Positions 51,216 to 63,192 of a stretch of 64,000 nucleotides of DNA are shown piece after piece. Numbering within the stretch: position 1 is the first letter of the stretch; the number at the start of each line of letters is the position of its first letter. A program made the translations under genes and the position numbers. A model generated the notes under the pieces. The model had not been told where the DNA came from. It did not search any database and saw only the letters and a list, made by a program, of their open reading frames with translations. Source of the DNA: Felis catus (lineage: Eukaryota); assembly GCF_018350175.1 (NCBI RefSeq), contig NC_058368.1:4836001-4900000 (forward strand), written 5' to 3'.

Positions 51216-51433
51216 AATGTAAAGACATATTATTCTTAAAAGCGAAACCCCAGACTGACAGATATTAGTATGTTACTTCAGCAATACTCCTTAACTTAAC
51301 AATGGGTTCATCACGTTCACTGTCCCCCATGTGGTACAATGAATGTTTTCTGTCCTCATGTAGCAAAAACAGACAAGAGCAGGTGTTGTAGCCTTTGCTT
51401 CCCAGCTTGGTTAATGAGATGTGATTAGATACA

Positions 51434-51439
51434 TTTATT
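51434..51439 (-). terminator. Candidate polyadenylation signal AATAAA of the upstream minus-strand gene
   Basis: First AATAAA I find downstream of the predicted stop at 51869 (~430-nt 3' UTR). Confidence 0.4.
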
Positions 51440-51733
51440 CTTGGGCTCCTAACCCCTCACAGGACTCTGACCCACGAGAATTGCCCTAGGTATGATTCTC
51501 TCTCTGCTCATTGGCTTTGAGTCTCTACATACACTGATTTCATAGCCTCAGAAGTGTGCATTTCTGTACTTCCTTATTCGGACAAGTACAAAGGTGTGAT
51601 TTTGTACTTCTGTAATTTGGACAAGTTAATATACACGGTAGCAACATTGGCAACCCCACCGAACAACTCAACACCATTGACAGTAATAATACGCCATTAG
51701 TTAATCTTGACAGCCTGTGTTTGATGCTTTTCA

Positions 51734-51821
51734 TTTTTCTTCTTCTTCCTCTTCTCCTTCTCATACTCCTTCTCCTTCTTCTCCTCCTCCTCCTTCTTCC
51801 TCTTCTTTTTCTTCTTCTTTT
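51734..51821. repeat. Degenerate (CTT/CCT)n trinucleotide tract
   Basis: Nearly pure pyrimidine on plus strand; (GAA/GGA)n in the predicted 3' UTR. Confidence 0.9.
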
Positions 51822-51868
51822 TACAGAAGAACCGACTTCACTCTGCCTTATTTGTGCATAAGACAACC

Positions 51869-51879
51869 TTAAATTTTAT
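51869..51879 (-). CDS. Candidate terminal coding exon segment (D)KI* of an unidentified gene
   Basis: Acceptor gatgcttttgcag|AT AAA ATT TAA; phase 1 matches the donor of the 52859-53068 exon. Confidence 0.4.
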
Positions 51880-52295
51880 CTGCAAAAGCATCTAAGACTA
51901 GATGGTTCTCTACAGATCATTGGCTGTCTAGCAGATGAGCATTCAAACCTGTAATTGGTGAAAATCATGAAATGAAAGAAAAGCTCCAAAATAGGGAAGA
52001 GAGAAAAGGGTAGGATTTAGGCAAGTGAATTTATTTTCCCTCTTATTTTGGAAACCATGGTGACCCAAGAGATTTGGTTAAACCACATAATATGCCAACC
52101 AACATAAATCAGAACCATCTTGGAAGAAATATATCCTTTTGACCTATTCAGTTCCTTTTCCTACCAGGCAAAATTTTCCCACAGAAATCAATCTGTTTGC
52201 CAGTCACAATCAAGATTTTCTATAAACCATAATACAATGGACAGATTGGCTGTCCAGTGGAAATGACCTTTTAATGCATGGTCTAGCCTTGTTTC

Positions 52296-52520
52296 TTTTT
52301 TTTTTAATTTTTTTTTTTATGTTTATTTATTTCTGAAACAGAGAGAGACAGAGCATGAGAGGGGGAGGGGCAGAGAGAGAGGAAGACCCAGAATCGGAAG
52401 CAGGCTCCAGGCTCTGAGCTGTCAGCACAGAGCCTGACGCGGGGCTCGAACTCACAAACTGTGAGATCGTGACCTGAGCCGAAGTCAGTCACTCAACCCA
52501 CTGAGCCACCCAGGCACCCC
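52296..52520 (-). mobile_element. CanSINE
   Basis: TSD gtctagccttgtttc (52281-52295, 52522-52536). Confidence 0.95.
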
Positions 52521-52858
52521 AGTCTAGCCTTGTTTCAAATGCCTTAGTGTCACTGGGCATGGGGTTACAATCCTCAGAACTTCTGGGAAAATTTGAAAGT
52601 GAAGTTATAAATTAAATCATGGGTCTCCAGCCCAGAATTTTGGTGATTTCATCCCAGTTCAACTCCACCCAAGTGGATAGCCTATGAGCAGCATTTTTAG
52701 GAAATAAAAGCTAGTCTATATTCACATTTTTGTGATCTGCTTTCCTATCCATTTACACACTAAAATGGTTTTATTGTGCTGCCTTCTTTGAAAGAAAAGA
52801 GCATTTTGCATTCGTTAATGAGGCAGAAAATTCACCACACATTTGTAAATAATCACAC

Positions 52859-53068
52859 CCTTCCTGGGCTTGCTTTTTTTCAGGACTGCATTCTTAACAT
52901 GATGACTGTGTTCCTGAAAAGCTGTATATTGATTTAATTTTTCAACCTCTGATGAATCTTGTGTTAGTGAAGACGAGGATTTGAAGATCTGTTCTGAATT
53001 CTTTGTAATATGAACAGACCTTCCCAATTGATCTTCCTTGTAGGGCTGGACCTTTTTAGAAGGGTTTT
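52859..53068 (-). CDS. Candidate 210-nt coding exon, xNPSKKVQPYKEDQLGRSVHITKNSEQIFKSSSSLTQDSSEVEKLNQYTAFQEHSHHVKNAVLKKSKPRK; polar, probably disordered C-terminal region of an unidentified protein
   Basis: Stop-free frame in AT-rich non-repeat DNA with protein-like K/S/E/Q composition; acceptor tcattctgtttaag at 53069; weak donor AGG|gtgtga at 52858; symmetrical phase 1-1. Confidence 0.55.
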
Positions 53069-53578
53069 CTTAAACAGAATGATTTCAGATTGTCAATTAC
53101 TTAGATATGTAACGCCATTAGGTCCCAAGATTAAGGCTGTGTACCTTTGAGTATAAACTTCAGACTTAACGTGAATTTCCAGCTGACCTCAAGAGAATAT
53201 AAAGATATATTATTAACATTATGTATTGATTATATATTTCACATAGTTATTTTATAGTTATATATTTATATAATATATAAAAACAGATATCACTATGTAC
53301 ATTATATAATAATAAAATAGCTATTATAAATTCAGCAACACTTTAAAAATTATAACATAATTAATTTTAAATTCTATGTTTAAAAAAATTTTTTTTCATT
53401 TTTTTTTGAGATACAGAGAGAGAGAGAGACAGACCATGAGCAGAAACAGAAAAAAATTTGTTTTTTTAAAGATAACTAATCAAAGATACAAATACATGTA
53501 ATTTAAAAACTTTAATTGAATAGGTGGCTATGTCTGCTCCTGATCACAATATTCACTTTCAACCATTTGCTTTTTAAA

Positions 53579-53790
53579 TTTTTTTTTTCAACGTTTATTT
53601 ATTTTGGGACAGAGAGAGACAGAGCATGAACGGGGGAGGGGCAGAGAGAGAGGGAGACACAGAATCGGAAACAGGCTCCAGGCTCTGAGCCATCAGCCCA
53701 GAGCCCGATGCGGGGCTCGAACTCACGGACCGCGAGATCGTGACCTGGCTGAAGTCGGACGCTTAACCGACTGCGCCACCCAGGCGCCCC
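53579..53790 (-). mobile_element. Young felid CanSINE
   Basis: Perfect 18-bp flanking repeat aaccatttgctttttaaa (53561-53578, 53791-53808). Confidence 0.96.
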
Positions 53791-53814
53791 AACCATTTGC
53801 TTTTTAAAAACCAC

Positions 53815-54895
53815 TTAATTGAGGTATGATGGCTAGGCAAAAAGCTGCATATATTTAATGTATACAATGTGATGAGTTTAGGGCTAACGATATACCCCTA
53901 AAACTATCCACAATGGAGGCCATAATCTATTCATCACCTCCAAAAGTTTCCTTCTGCTTCTTTATTTTATTTTATTTTATTTTTTCCTTTTGTGGTAAAG
54001 GCTACTTAACATAAAATCTACTCCTTACCAAATATTTAAGAATATAGGATGGTATTGTTAACTACAGGCTCCCTGTTGTACAAAAAATCTCCAGTTTATT
54101 CATCTCGCATAACTGAAACTTTGTACCCTTTCACCAACACCTCCCCATTTCCTCCTCCCCCCAGCCCCTGGCAAACTCCACTCTACTTTCTGGTTTCGTG
54201 AGTTTGGCAATTTTGGATTCCTCATAAACGTGGGATCACGCAGTCTTTGTCCTTTCCTGCTCGGTTTATTTCACTTAGCATTCCTCCAGGTCCAGCCATG
54301 TTGTCTCAAGTAGCAGGATTTCCTGATTTTTTAAGGTGCAATAATACCCAATTCTATGTATATGCCATATTTTCTTTATCCATTCATCCTTCAAAGGACG
54401 TTTAGTTTGTTTCCGTCTCTTGGATATTATAAATAACGTTGCGATGAATACAAGAGTACAGATATCTCTTTGAGATCCTGACTTCAATTTCTTTGGATAT
54501 ATACACATTAGTCGGATTGATGGATCAAATAGTAACTTTATTTGTAATTTTGTTGAGGAACCTCCCTACTGTCTTCCACAGTGGCTGCACCAATTTGCAT
54601 TCCCACCAACAGTGCACAAGGGTTCCCTTTTCTTCTCATTGTCGCCAACACTTGTTTTGTTTTGTGTGAGAATAGCCATTCTAACAGTTGTGAGGTGACA
54701 TCTTATGGTTTTGATTTGCATTTCCCTGATAATTAGAGCATCTTTTCATATACATGTTGGCCATGTATGTCTTTTTTGGTGAAATGTCTATTCCGGTCTT
54801 TTACCCATTTTTTAAATAGGGTTATTTGGTTTTTTGCATTGATTCGTAGGAGTTCTTTGTATATGTTGGCTATTAACTTTTTATCGGATATTTAG
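53815..54895 (-). mobile_element. L1 (L1MA8/9-like) 3' UTR and ORF2 C-terminus
   Basis: catcacctccaaaagtttcct..cttaacataaaatctac..cccagcccctggcaa..ttgaggaacctccctactgtcttccacagtggctgcaccaatttgcattcccaccaacagtg; ORF 54275-54508 gives [31 protein letters not shown]. Confidence 0.92.
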
Positions 54896-55859
54896 CCGTT
54901 TGTTTTCAGTGTTCTAGTAGTTGGTTTTCATTAATCATAATCATACAGTTATTTCTTGGTTTATGAATCTTGCAGTGTAACTATTGACTTTTTTGCTATG
55001 ATAGATGAGCATATTATTTATCTATCTATCTATCTATCCCCTCCTCACCTATTCCTCCCCTTTCTTCCAGTTATAAGTATCACTATTTTTCCTTCTTTAA
55101 CTGGTAATAGAAGTTAATATAAACATTCATATTATATTGTCATTATACTCAGTAATGTTACATCTGGTGAAATGTATAAAAGGATAGCCCACTTAAGCCT
55201 TTTCCTTTGAGATTAGCAGAGGCCATGACATTGCACCACAGAGAGAGAAGTATGATCATATGACTTAGCAATATGCTATATAGACAGAGTCACTATATAT
55301 ATAATGGGTGTGCATATACATACAAACATTTGCACATAGTGTATATGTATGTAACCAAAATAGCATAAATGCTATTTATTGATTTTAACTTTCGGATTCA
55401 ATTTAGAGGTAAATTACGGAGAACCTCATCATGGTTGTATAAATTCTGTATATATGGTATAATTATACCTAAATGATTTTTAAAGCCCATAAAACCAGAA
55501 TGTTTATATTTGAAAAAATATAACAAAAGATTTGAATTTTATTATTTATTCACTGACAGATAATGTTTGATGTATATATTGTATCTATAACAGCACTGCA
55601 ACCCTCAGATGTCACTGGTTTCCGAGTTGTTAAATACCAGTTTACTGATGGGCTTGTTAGCAGTACCTCAAGAATTTAAGTATTTTCTTCTGTCTTTTTA
55701 AAAGGGCTTATGTCTGACATCCTTATTAGATTATAAGCATCTTAAATTCAGGAAGTGGGTTTCGTATAGCAGGTAATTAAGAAATGCTTATTGGTAGGCC
55801 AATATCATACTTCCTGAGGAATTTTATATACTTAACGTTCAAGCGATTAAATTCCAATA

Positions 55860-56195
55860 ACATTTCTCAGAATAGCTGAGGGAACACTGTGTACAGAGAT
55901 ATTCTAGGTGATGTGGGAGGTATAGAAAGAAAGAACTTCCAGTCCACAGTCCTGAGGTTCACCCTGTATGGCTGGAGAGGCAGCCAGGGAAACAAATCAT
56001 GTCTTGTATCATAATAGAGGCATGAGCCAAGTATGTGGGAGAAGGACAATGAATTCCAACAATGAGATCTTGGAGGACTTTGTGAACGAGATGGCATTTA
56101 AGCTGAGCTTTTAAAGATGAGTAGGATTTTGATAGACAGTCAGGAAGAGAATAGGTGTTACAAAGTCCAGGGAATTCAAGCAAAGGCAGATGGCT
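55860..56195 (-). mobile_element. L2 fossil
   Basis: gagatggcatttaagctgagcttttaaagatgagtaggattttgatagacag pattern. Confidence 0.65.
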
Positions 56196-56315
56196 GCTCA
56201 CCAGCTTTTACAATCCCTTTCCTTCCATGGAAGGCAGTTGTCCCTGGAAAGTGGCTACCCTTCCAAAGTCTGTATTTCCCAGTTCCTTGTTGCATCTAGA
56301 TATGGCAGGTCACTG

Positions 56316-56540
56316 GGGGCACCGCTGCCGGGTGGCTCAGCTGGTTAAGTGCCCCACTCTAGATTTCAGCTCGGGTCATGATCTCACAGTTCACGGGATC
56401 GAGCCCCGAGCTGAGCTCTGTGCTGACAGTGCAAAGCCCGCTTGGGATTCTCTGTCTCCCTCTCTCTCTGCCCCTCCCTCTCTTGCTCACATATGCACTT
56501 GCTTGCTCTCTCTCAAAATAAATGAATAAACTTAAAAAAA
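56316..56540 (+). mobile_element. CanSINE, probably inside a decayed MaLR LTR
   Basis: TSD gatatggca(g/t)gtca(c/t)t; flanks tatttcccag..ccttg..gttctcaccca resemble MLT1. Confidence 0.9.
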
Positions 56541-58934
56541 TGGATATGGCATGTCATTAGTTCTCACCCAGAGAGTGTTAGTGGAAGGGATATGTGTCAT
56601 TTGAAGCAAGGCTTAAGAAACAGGTGTATTTTCCATCCTCCCTTTCTCCATCTCCTGGAGAAAAAGGAACCAGAGATGGATGAATCCTGGGCCCCCAAGT
56701 CACCCCAGGAACAAAGCTGCTGACCAACTAGAAACACTTGCCTTGAACTGTCCCAATGAACAAATTATACACCAGACCTCTACATTTGGACATTTCCACA
56801 TAGTAGGTCGGTCTAAAGGCGGATGGAGTCATATTCCCTGGAATAAAGCTGGAGCTGAATCTTGCACCCAGGACCCGGAGGGAGAAGAAAGCATGAAGTG
56901 AGATAAACGGGCTGCGGTCCCATCATTACAACACACAACATTTGTGACACAAAGGGGGGGGACACATCAAGAGACCCTTAAGACAGTAAGTTTCTAATCA
57001 ACTGAAATGTTGAAAGAAAAAAAATATACTTATCTCCTTCGCTACACATTTCCCTAAAAGGATAATATCCACTGGGGTAGGGGAGGCAAAACAGCCATGG
57101 CCTAGAGGTTGAGAGCAAGAGGAGAAAAATGTGCCCCTAAAAGGATGAGCCTCCACCCAAGGCCCGGTCTGCAGCTGAGAACCCTTAGTTCTCAGTTTCC
57201 CTGGGGCAATCAATGGCTGCCCTTAACACTGAGAAAGGCTGGATAATTAAATGCTGCGTAAAACTCTCCTCATTTCTAAGAGCTCACTGGGAAACCCCTA
57301 CCCAGAGTGTCACTCCTAATAGACAGTACTAACAGTGTAAGTAACAGCCACTGGGGCTTTCTGGGCAATTCGATTGATGGGCGATGGGAAGTAATTGGAC
57401 TCCCTCAAGGAGACCAAAGTCCATGTAGGTGACAGGCCCACCTTCTGGAAGATTGGCCCGAAATTCAATCAGAAAATAAATGTCAACTCTGATCATATCA
57501 CTGGACGTAAGTTGACACCGGCCAGTTAACATTTAACCATTGGCCTTTAGGATAAGTCGAGAAGAAGATTTAAATAAATAGTGACTATTCCACTCTCAAA
57601 TCAAATATCTGTTAAGACTTGTACATACAACTGCACACAAATCTACATAATTACCCACGATCCTGAAGCCTACACCAATAATGTATGTTGACACAAAGCA
57701 CCCAGGGCTGTACGAGAATCCAGACACAATTGGGATCTACCACCTGGGTTTGAGAGCCACTAGAGTAAAGAGATAGCGTTTATTGTAATGATTTATGGAG
57801 AGCCACATTGGTAAGCACTTTGGAAAGAAGAGTAACCGACTATCTGTCCCATCCCTCGGCTTTTACTTCCCTTCTGAGGAAAACGGTGAACCATACTAGC
57901 CAACAGTCAGCCTAGAGGAGACAGGCACGGAGAAATAAACCAGGATCTACTTTGCCAAGGGCACGTTTCTGCCCAAACCACGACTCGCCATGAGATGGAG
58001 TATTTTCATGAATCGCTGGCTTTACCTTTTTAAAAATACCTGTCATTTTAAGGAAAAGGCTGCAAAGATTTTGAGACTAGCATTCTCTAATAAAGGACAA
58101 GGAACTGTGTGTATCCGGATGAGGTTTGTGTATCTGTTGAGTGATGAGCTTTCGTGGTAGCTAGAAATCTGGGGCCTGGATCAAGGGCAATTGTGGCTTC
58201 CTAAGCCTAAATAGGCAGAGCATGTTTACATTAACGCATTTAGACCACAGTGAAATGAGGTACTTTAACAGCATCGATACGGGCATCGTGGGCTTTGTAC
58301 GTCAGACTGCTCTCAACAGTATTCGAGGAAGGGACACAACTGTGCCGTTAAGGGGCGGGAAGTCAGTGGGCAGGGAAACCATGAAGCAGCCTCGAGGGGG
58401 ATTTATGAGACAGAGAAGACAAGTACCAAGATTGGGCACGGCACATACTTTGAAATATGCTTTGATGTTTCTAACACAATGCCAGGACACGCATGTGAAC
58501 TAGAACCAGGAGTCTGACTGCAATCATCAGGTGGATGGATCTAAGCAAGCAGCTGGGGAGAGAAACATCAATTGCCCAAGGATATGTCTATCGCGGCATT
58601 TTAAAAGGAGCTATTTTCTCCTGATGCATTTTATAAAATAGTTCATGTCACAAACTTCAGAAATCAGCAGGCCACCAGATGTCCACCCAGCCCGCCAGAG
58701 TGACACTGGCCCAGCTGATATTTATGGATTTGCGGTCAAGAGAACAGAGGCCTACCTATGTCTGAGTACTAAAAGTTATAAATCAACTTAAGAAACAAAG
58801 AAAATGTATCTATTACCTTAAAATACAGCTTCATAACAGAGGAATAGGAAAATAAGTGTCTCAGAGCTATGATGTATATATGAGTCAAGTCCGAAAATCA
58901 CTATTTAGGTTTTTAGCATTAAGACATTAACACA

Positions 58935-59030
58935 GGAGTGCCTGATGGGCTCAGAAGGAAGAACATGGGATTCTTGATCTCAGGGTTGTGAGTTCGAGCC
59001 CCAACTTGAGTGTAGAGATTACTTTACAAA
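58935..59030 (+). mobile_element. Short old CanSINE
   Basis: TSD aagacattaaca (58921-58932, 59031-59042). Confidence 0.88.
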
Positions 59031-59164
59031 AAGACATTAACATAATTTCTATTGCTTGGCAATAATAATCTAAGGGATCCAAAATAAAATTTAACGGTAT
59101 TAAAAGTGTGAAAACTTTCAATATATTATTAAAGTGTAGAGTAAATGAAAAAAATAAAGTATTA

Positions 59165-59262
59165 GTTTTTTTTGAGAGAGAGAGGGAGAGAGGGAGAGAC
59201 TGTGAATGGGGGAGGGGCAGAGAGAGAGGGAGAGAGAGAACCCCAAGCAGGCTGCGGGCTAA
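59165..59262 (-). mobile_element. CanSINE 3' fragment
   Basis: (GA)n tract through ccccaagcaggct, head missing. Confidence 0.82.
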
Positions 59263-59809
59263 GCGGGGGCAGGGTGGATGGGGGGGAGAGGGTGTGCCGG
59301 CTGGGAAGGTAAATCTGTCTGCCACGGTCGCTGGCTCCTTCCTGCGTGCGTCTGGGCAACTCGCGAGCACATTCAGAGCTGCTGCCGAGAGAAGGAGGGC
59401 AGTGGGTAAGCCGCGCTGCCGGAAGATGATGGTTCATTACCCAAAACTGACTGCAGTGTGCTGAGAGGGAACCTTCGACGCGTTAGTGAATTTGCCTTTT
59501 ATCAGAACGCTTCATCTCCCTTCTCCCACCGCCCCCGATTCTCCCCGGGATCTGGAGCCATACCCATCCCCAAAGTCAGCCACGGCACCCCCCAAACCTT
59601 CGTGGCATTAAGATGTAAGACACGGATTCTCTGGGGCCTGAACACCACCGGCCACGAGAGCAGATATGTCGGCTTATGGTCGCGCTGTGTCCGTGCCGAG
59701 CGCCCCGACTCAGAAGCGCCCGTGTGTTCCTTAACGCATTCATCTGTGGGCAAGCGTCGCACCCAGGCCAGCCCAATCCCCGTCAAGTCTACGCAGGCAC
59801 CGTCTACAC

Positions 59810-60130
59810 CAGCACTATGGCAGAGAACTAGAATACAAGCCGCATGTTTCCTTTTAAGTTTTCTAGAAGCCGTGGTGAAAACTAAAAAGAGGTAAAATGA
59901 ATTTCAGCAGTTTGTTTTCTTTAAGCCAAAACATCCACATATCATTATTTTAACACGTAATCAATATAAAGACTATTAACGAGGTATTTTACATTCTTAA
60001 AAAAAAGAAAATCAAACTACGATTTTGTAATCGGGTGGTAATTTCACGCTTACCTCACATCTCAATTCAGACCGGCCACCTTTCCAGCACTCAGTCGTCA
60101 CATGTGGCTGCTGTGACATGTTAGCACAGG
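59810..60130. mobile_element. hAT-Charlie fossil (MER33-like)
   Basis: ttttaagttttctag..catatcattatttt..gtaatcaatataa..attttacattctt..cacatctcaattcagac..cacatgtggct. Confidence 0.78.
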
Positions 60131-61008
60131 CCCGGACATCCACTCCCCGAACCCATTTTCTGGAATGAATGTGAACACCTTACAGCAGATAATAATGGCT
60201 ACCGTTTATTAAGCATTTATTTTACCAGACACCATAACAAGCGTGCTGTGCTAATTTTCTCATTTTGTTCACCCTCAGGTAATATTTCTTGGCCTATTTT
60301 AGAGCTCAGAAAACAGGCCCGACAGTAGTAGTTACTGGAGCAAGGAAAGAAGAGATCTCAAACCCAAGAATCCTCACTCCAGAGCCGTGGATGCCATGCC
60401 TTTGGGACGCCCTCAGAGCTCTCTGCTGTGCTCAGATTCCCCACACACACTTCACAAAAAAAGGGAATCCGGAGACAAGAAGTTTATTTTCATGGCTTTG
60501 CCCTCTACTGACTCATTTTCATGAGCTCCATTGTGGATTTCCCCTCGTTGGCTCTCCCACCAAAGACAAATGTCCCTCCACCCCTCTGCCCCTCCCACCC
60601 CCCAGTGCAAGAGCCAGCTGAAATTCTGCATGAGGATTAATTTATTCCTAGTGAAGGCAGCCAGGCATGTTGAGAAATTACATCCTGTTCTGATGCATGA
60701 ATAATGAACTTGGAATAAGGACACAGTTACTTGTTAGTCTTGTCGTAACCAGACAATTTGGATAGGCAGCAGAAGTTTCATCAGATCTATGGATCATGCC
60801 AATGTAAAAAAAAAAAAAAACAAAATGGGCAAACTTTGCAGGTTAGATCATTGTTCTAATAGCACCCACCAATGTGGACTCTTTTGATAGATTGTGCAGA
60901 TCGATAAGGTACACAAAAAAGAAAGATTTCAACTCTCCTGCTCACCTGGAGACTAGAAGACACAGGGAATGCAGATATCTATTAATAGCATCGAATAAAA
61001 AAAGCCCA

Positions 61009-61230
61009 GGGCCGCCTGGGTGGCTCAGTCGGTTAAGCGGCCAACTTCGGCTCAGGTCACGATCTAGCGGTCTGTGAGTTCGAGCCCCGCGTCAGGCTCT
61101 GGGCTGATGGCTCAGAGCCTGGAGCCTGCTTCCGACTCTGTGTCTCCCTCTCTCTCTGTCCCTCCCCCGTTCATGCTCTGTCTCTCTCTGTCTCAAAAAT
61201 AAATAAACGTTAAAAAAAATTTTTTTAAAA
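61009..61230 (+). mobile_element. CanSINE
   Basis: Full body with gggctgatggctcagagcc variant. Confidence 0.95.
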
Positions 61231-61540
61231 ATCCATGGGGTCAGGTTTCTTTCGTGTAAAGAAAGCATTTACGGATTAATGATTTTTTCTGCTGTGATTA
61301 AAAATAAAGAATTATGATTTTGAAAAGAGCCCTCTATCTCTTAGAGGTACATGCTGAAGTCGTTACAAATGAAAGTATATGATGTCTGGGTTTGCTTTAG
61401 AATAATCTAAGTGAGGGGGCCACGTATATCTGAGACAAGACTGACAACGCGTTGACAATGGTTGAAGCTGGTACATGGGGTATATTATATTCTTCTCTGT
61501 ATTTTGTATATGTTTAAAATTTTCCATGATAAAAAAGTTT

Positions 61541-61760
61541 TTTTTTAATTTTTTAATGTTTTTTCATTTTTGTGAGAGAGAGAGACAGAGCGTGAATGAG
61601 GGAGGGGCAGAGAGAGAGGGAGACGCAGGATCCAAAGCAGGCTCCAGGCTCTGAGCTGTCAGCACAGAGCCCAATTCAGGGCTCATACCCACGAACCACG
61701 AGATCACGACCTGAGCCAAAGTCGGTGTGGTGTGTAACCGACTGAGCCACCCAGGCGCCC
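61541..61760 (-). mobile_element. CanSINE inserted in the tail of an old L1 3' fragment (~61290-61540, plus)
   Basis: TSD catgataaaaaagttt (61525-61540, 61762-61777). Confidence 0.94.
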
Positions 61761-61884
61761 TCATGATAAAAAAGTTTCAACAAACCGATCGAAGAAGAAA
61801 AGATATCCTCAAAAACAGCCCTTCCCTGGTTTGCCATTTCTACCCCTTGGTTTTCTACCTGTTTGTGTGATCGTTGTCACTTTA

Positions 61885-62132
61885 GGACAGGATTCCTCGG
61901 CCTCGCCACTTTCGGGCCTGGACAATTGCTGTGGGGCCTGTCCTGCTCGAGCTGGGAGGTTAGCAGCAGCCCTGCCCCCTCTCCACCAGATGCCAGTAGC
62001 TCGAGAGAGAGCGAGCATCTCCCACCCCTCCCCCCAGTCCTGCGACAACCAAGACCAAAACAGCTCCAGACATTGCCAAAAGTCCCCGGGGGGAGCGGGA
62101 ACGTGCAAGCCCACCCCAGATGTGCACCATCG
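61885..62132 (-). mobile_element. MER20 DNA transposon fossil
   Basis: Reverse complement ggggacttttggcaatgtctggag..ttggttgtc..gctactggcatctggtgg..cagggctgctgctaa..caggacaggcccc. Confidence 0.85.
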
Positions 62133-62375
62133 CGTTAGACTGTGAACAATTTGAGGAGCGTTTTCGACTTCGGGTTCCTGGTGACTCCTGCAAAACTGGT
62201 ACATAGTATCTGATAAACGCTCCAGCGATTCGCCTGGAGACCGTACCGGGAGCTGTGGGTAAAGCAAAGTAAAAAAGAAAATAAACATACAGAAGGCAGC
62301 ACTGGGTGATGGTCAAGTGGTGACAAGGGCATATAAGCTATTCTTGAGAATAGGGCTTTTACAAAGATCTTTCTA

Positions 62376-62581
62376 GGGGCGCCTGGGTGGCTCAGCAACC
62401 GACTTCGGCTCAGGTCATGATCTCCCGGTTTGGGGGTTCGAGCCCTGCGCCGGGCTCTGTGCTGACAGCTCAGAGCCTGGAACCTGCTTCCCAATCTGTG
62501 TCTCCCCCTCTCTCTGCCCCTCCCCTGCTCATGCTCTGTCTCTCAACAATAAATAAATGTTAAAAAAAAAATTAAAAAAAA
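62376..62581 (+). mobile_element. CanSINE with deletion in the A-box region
   Basis: TSD atctttcta. Confidence 0.94.
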
Positions 62582-63192
62582 ATCTTTCTAACTGATCTGG
62601 TTTATTATTATAAATAAGTAGAACTTATTAACTGAATTTATAAGCTACAATTTTTAAATTATGTTGTGTACAAGAAGTTGATTTTATATCTTATATGAAA
62701 TTTTTATATTTTCTATAAAATGTGTGCATGACTGGTATTTGACTTCACTATTATTGCTCTCAGTTATTCAAATTTGAATTAAGTCAATTCTGCTTGGTCT
62801 GTGATATATTCAAATATCATAATAGTCACTTCTTCAGCGATCTCAATTATTTAAAACAGAATTGAATACCAGAGTGTTATAAGAACAAGGCCTCAAGCAG
62901 TCCATATAAGTAATACAAAGACCCTGAATTCATTTCTCCAGGAACAATGGATATACCCTCACTCAGAACTGAGTTACTCTTACTTTGCATATAGTTCTAA
63001 CAAGGTTGGTGAGCTATTTCTTTCTCATTAAAAACCAAGTTAAGGCAGGGAGCGCGGCAGAGAATGCCAGAAACGAACACACTAGAAGAAGCAAGAAGTA
63101 ATACTTGGTAGTCAGATAGCAAGAAACAGGTAAAAAGCAACATAAACACTCGACAGAAACAACACCAGCAGCAACAATAAAAACCAAACCTA

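Noticed and set aside
51540..51866. Protamine-like arginine-rich 108-aa ORF
   Set aside because: Starts at TTG, not ATG, and the Arg run is a translation of the (GAA/GGA)n simple repeat; the region fits better as 3' UTR
52899..52952. C/D-box snoRNA-like ATGATGA..CTGA on the plus strand
   Set aside because: Short span, weak terminal stem, no plus-strand host gene, and it lies antisense to the candidate coding exon
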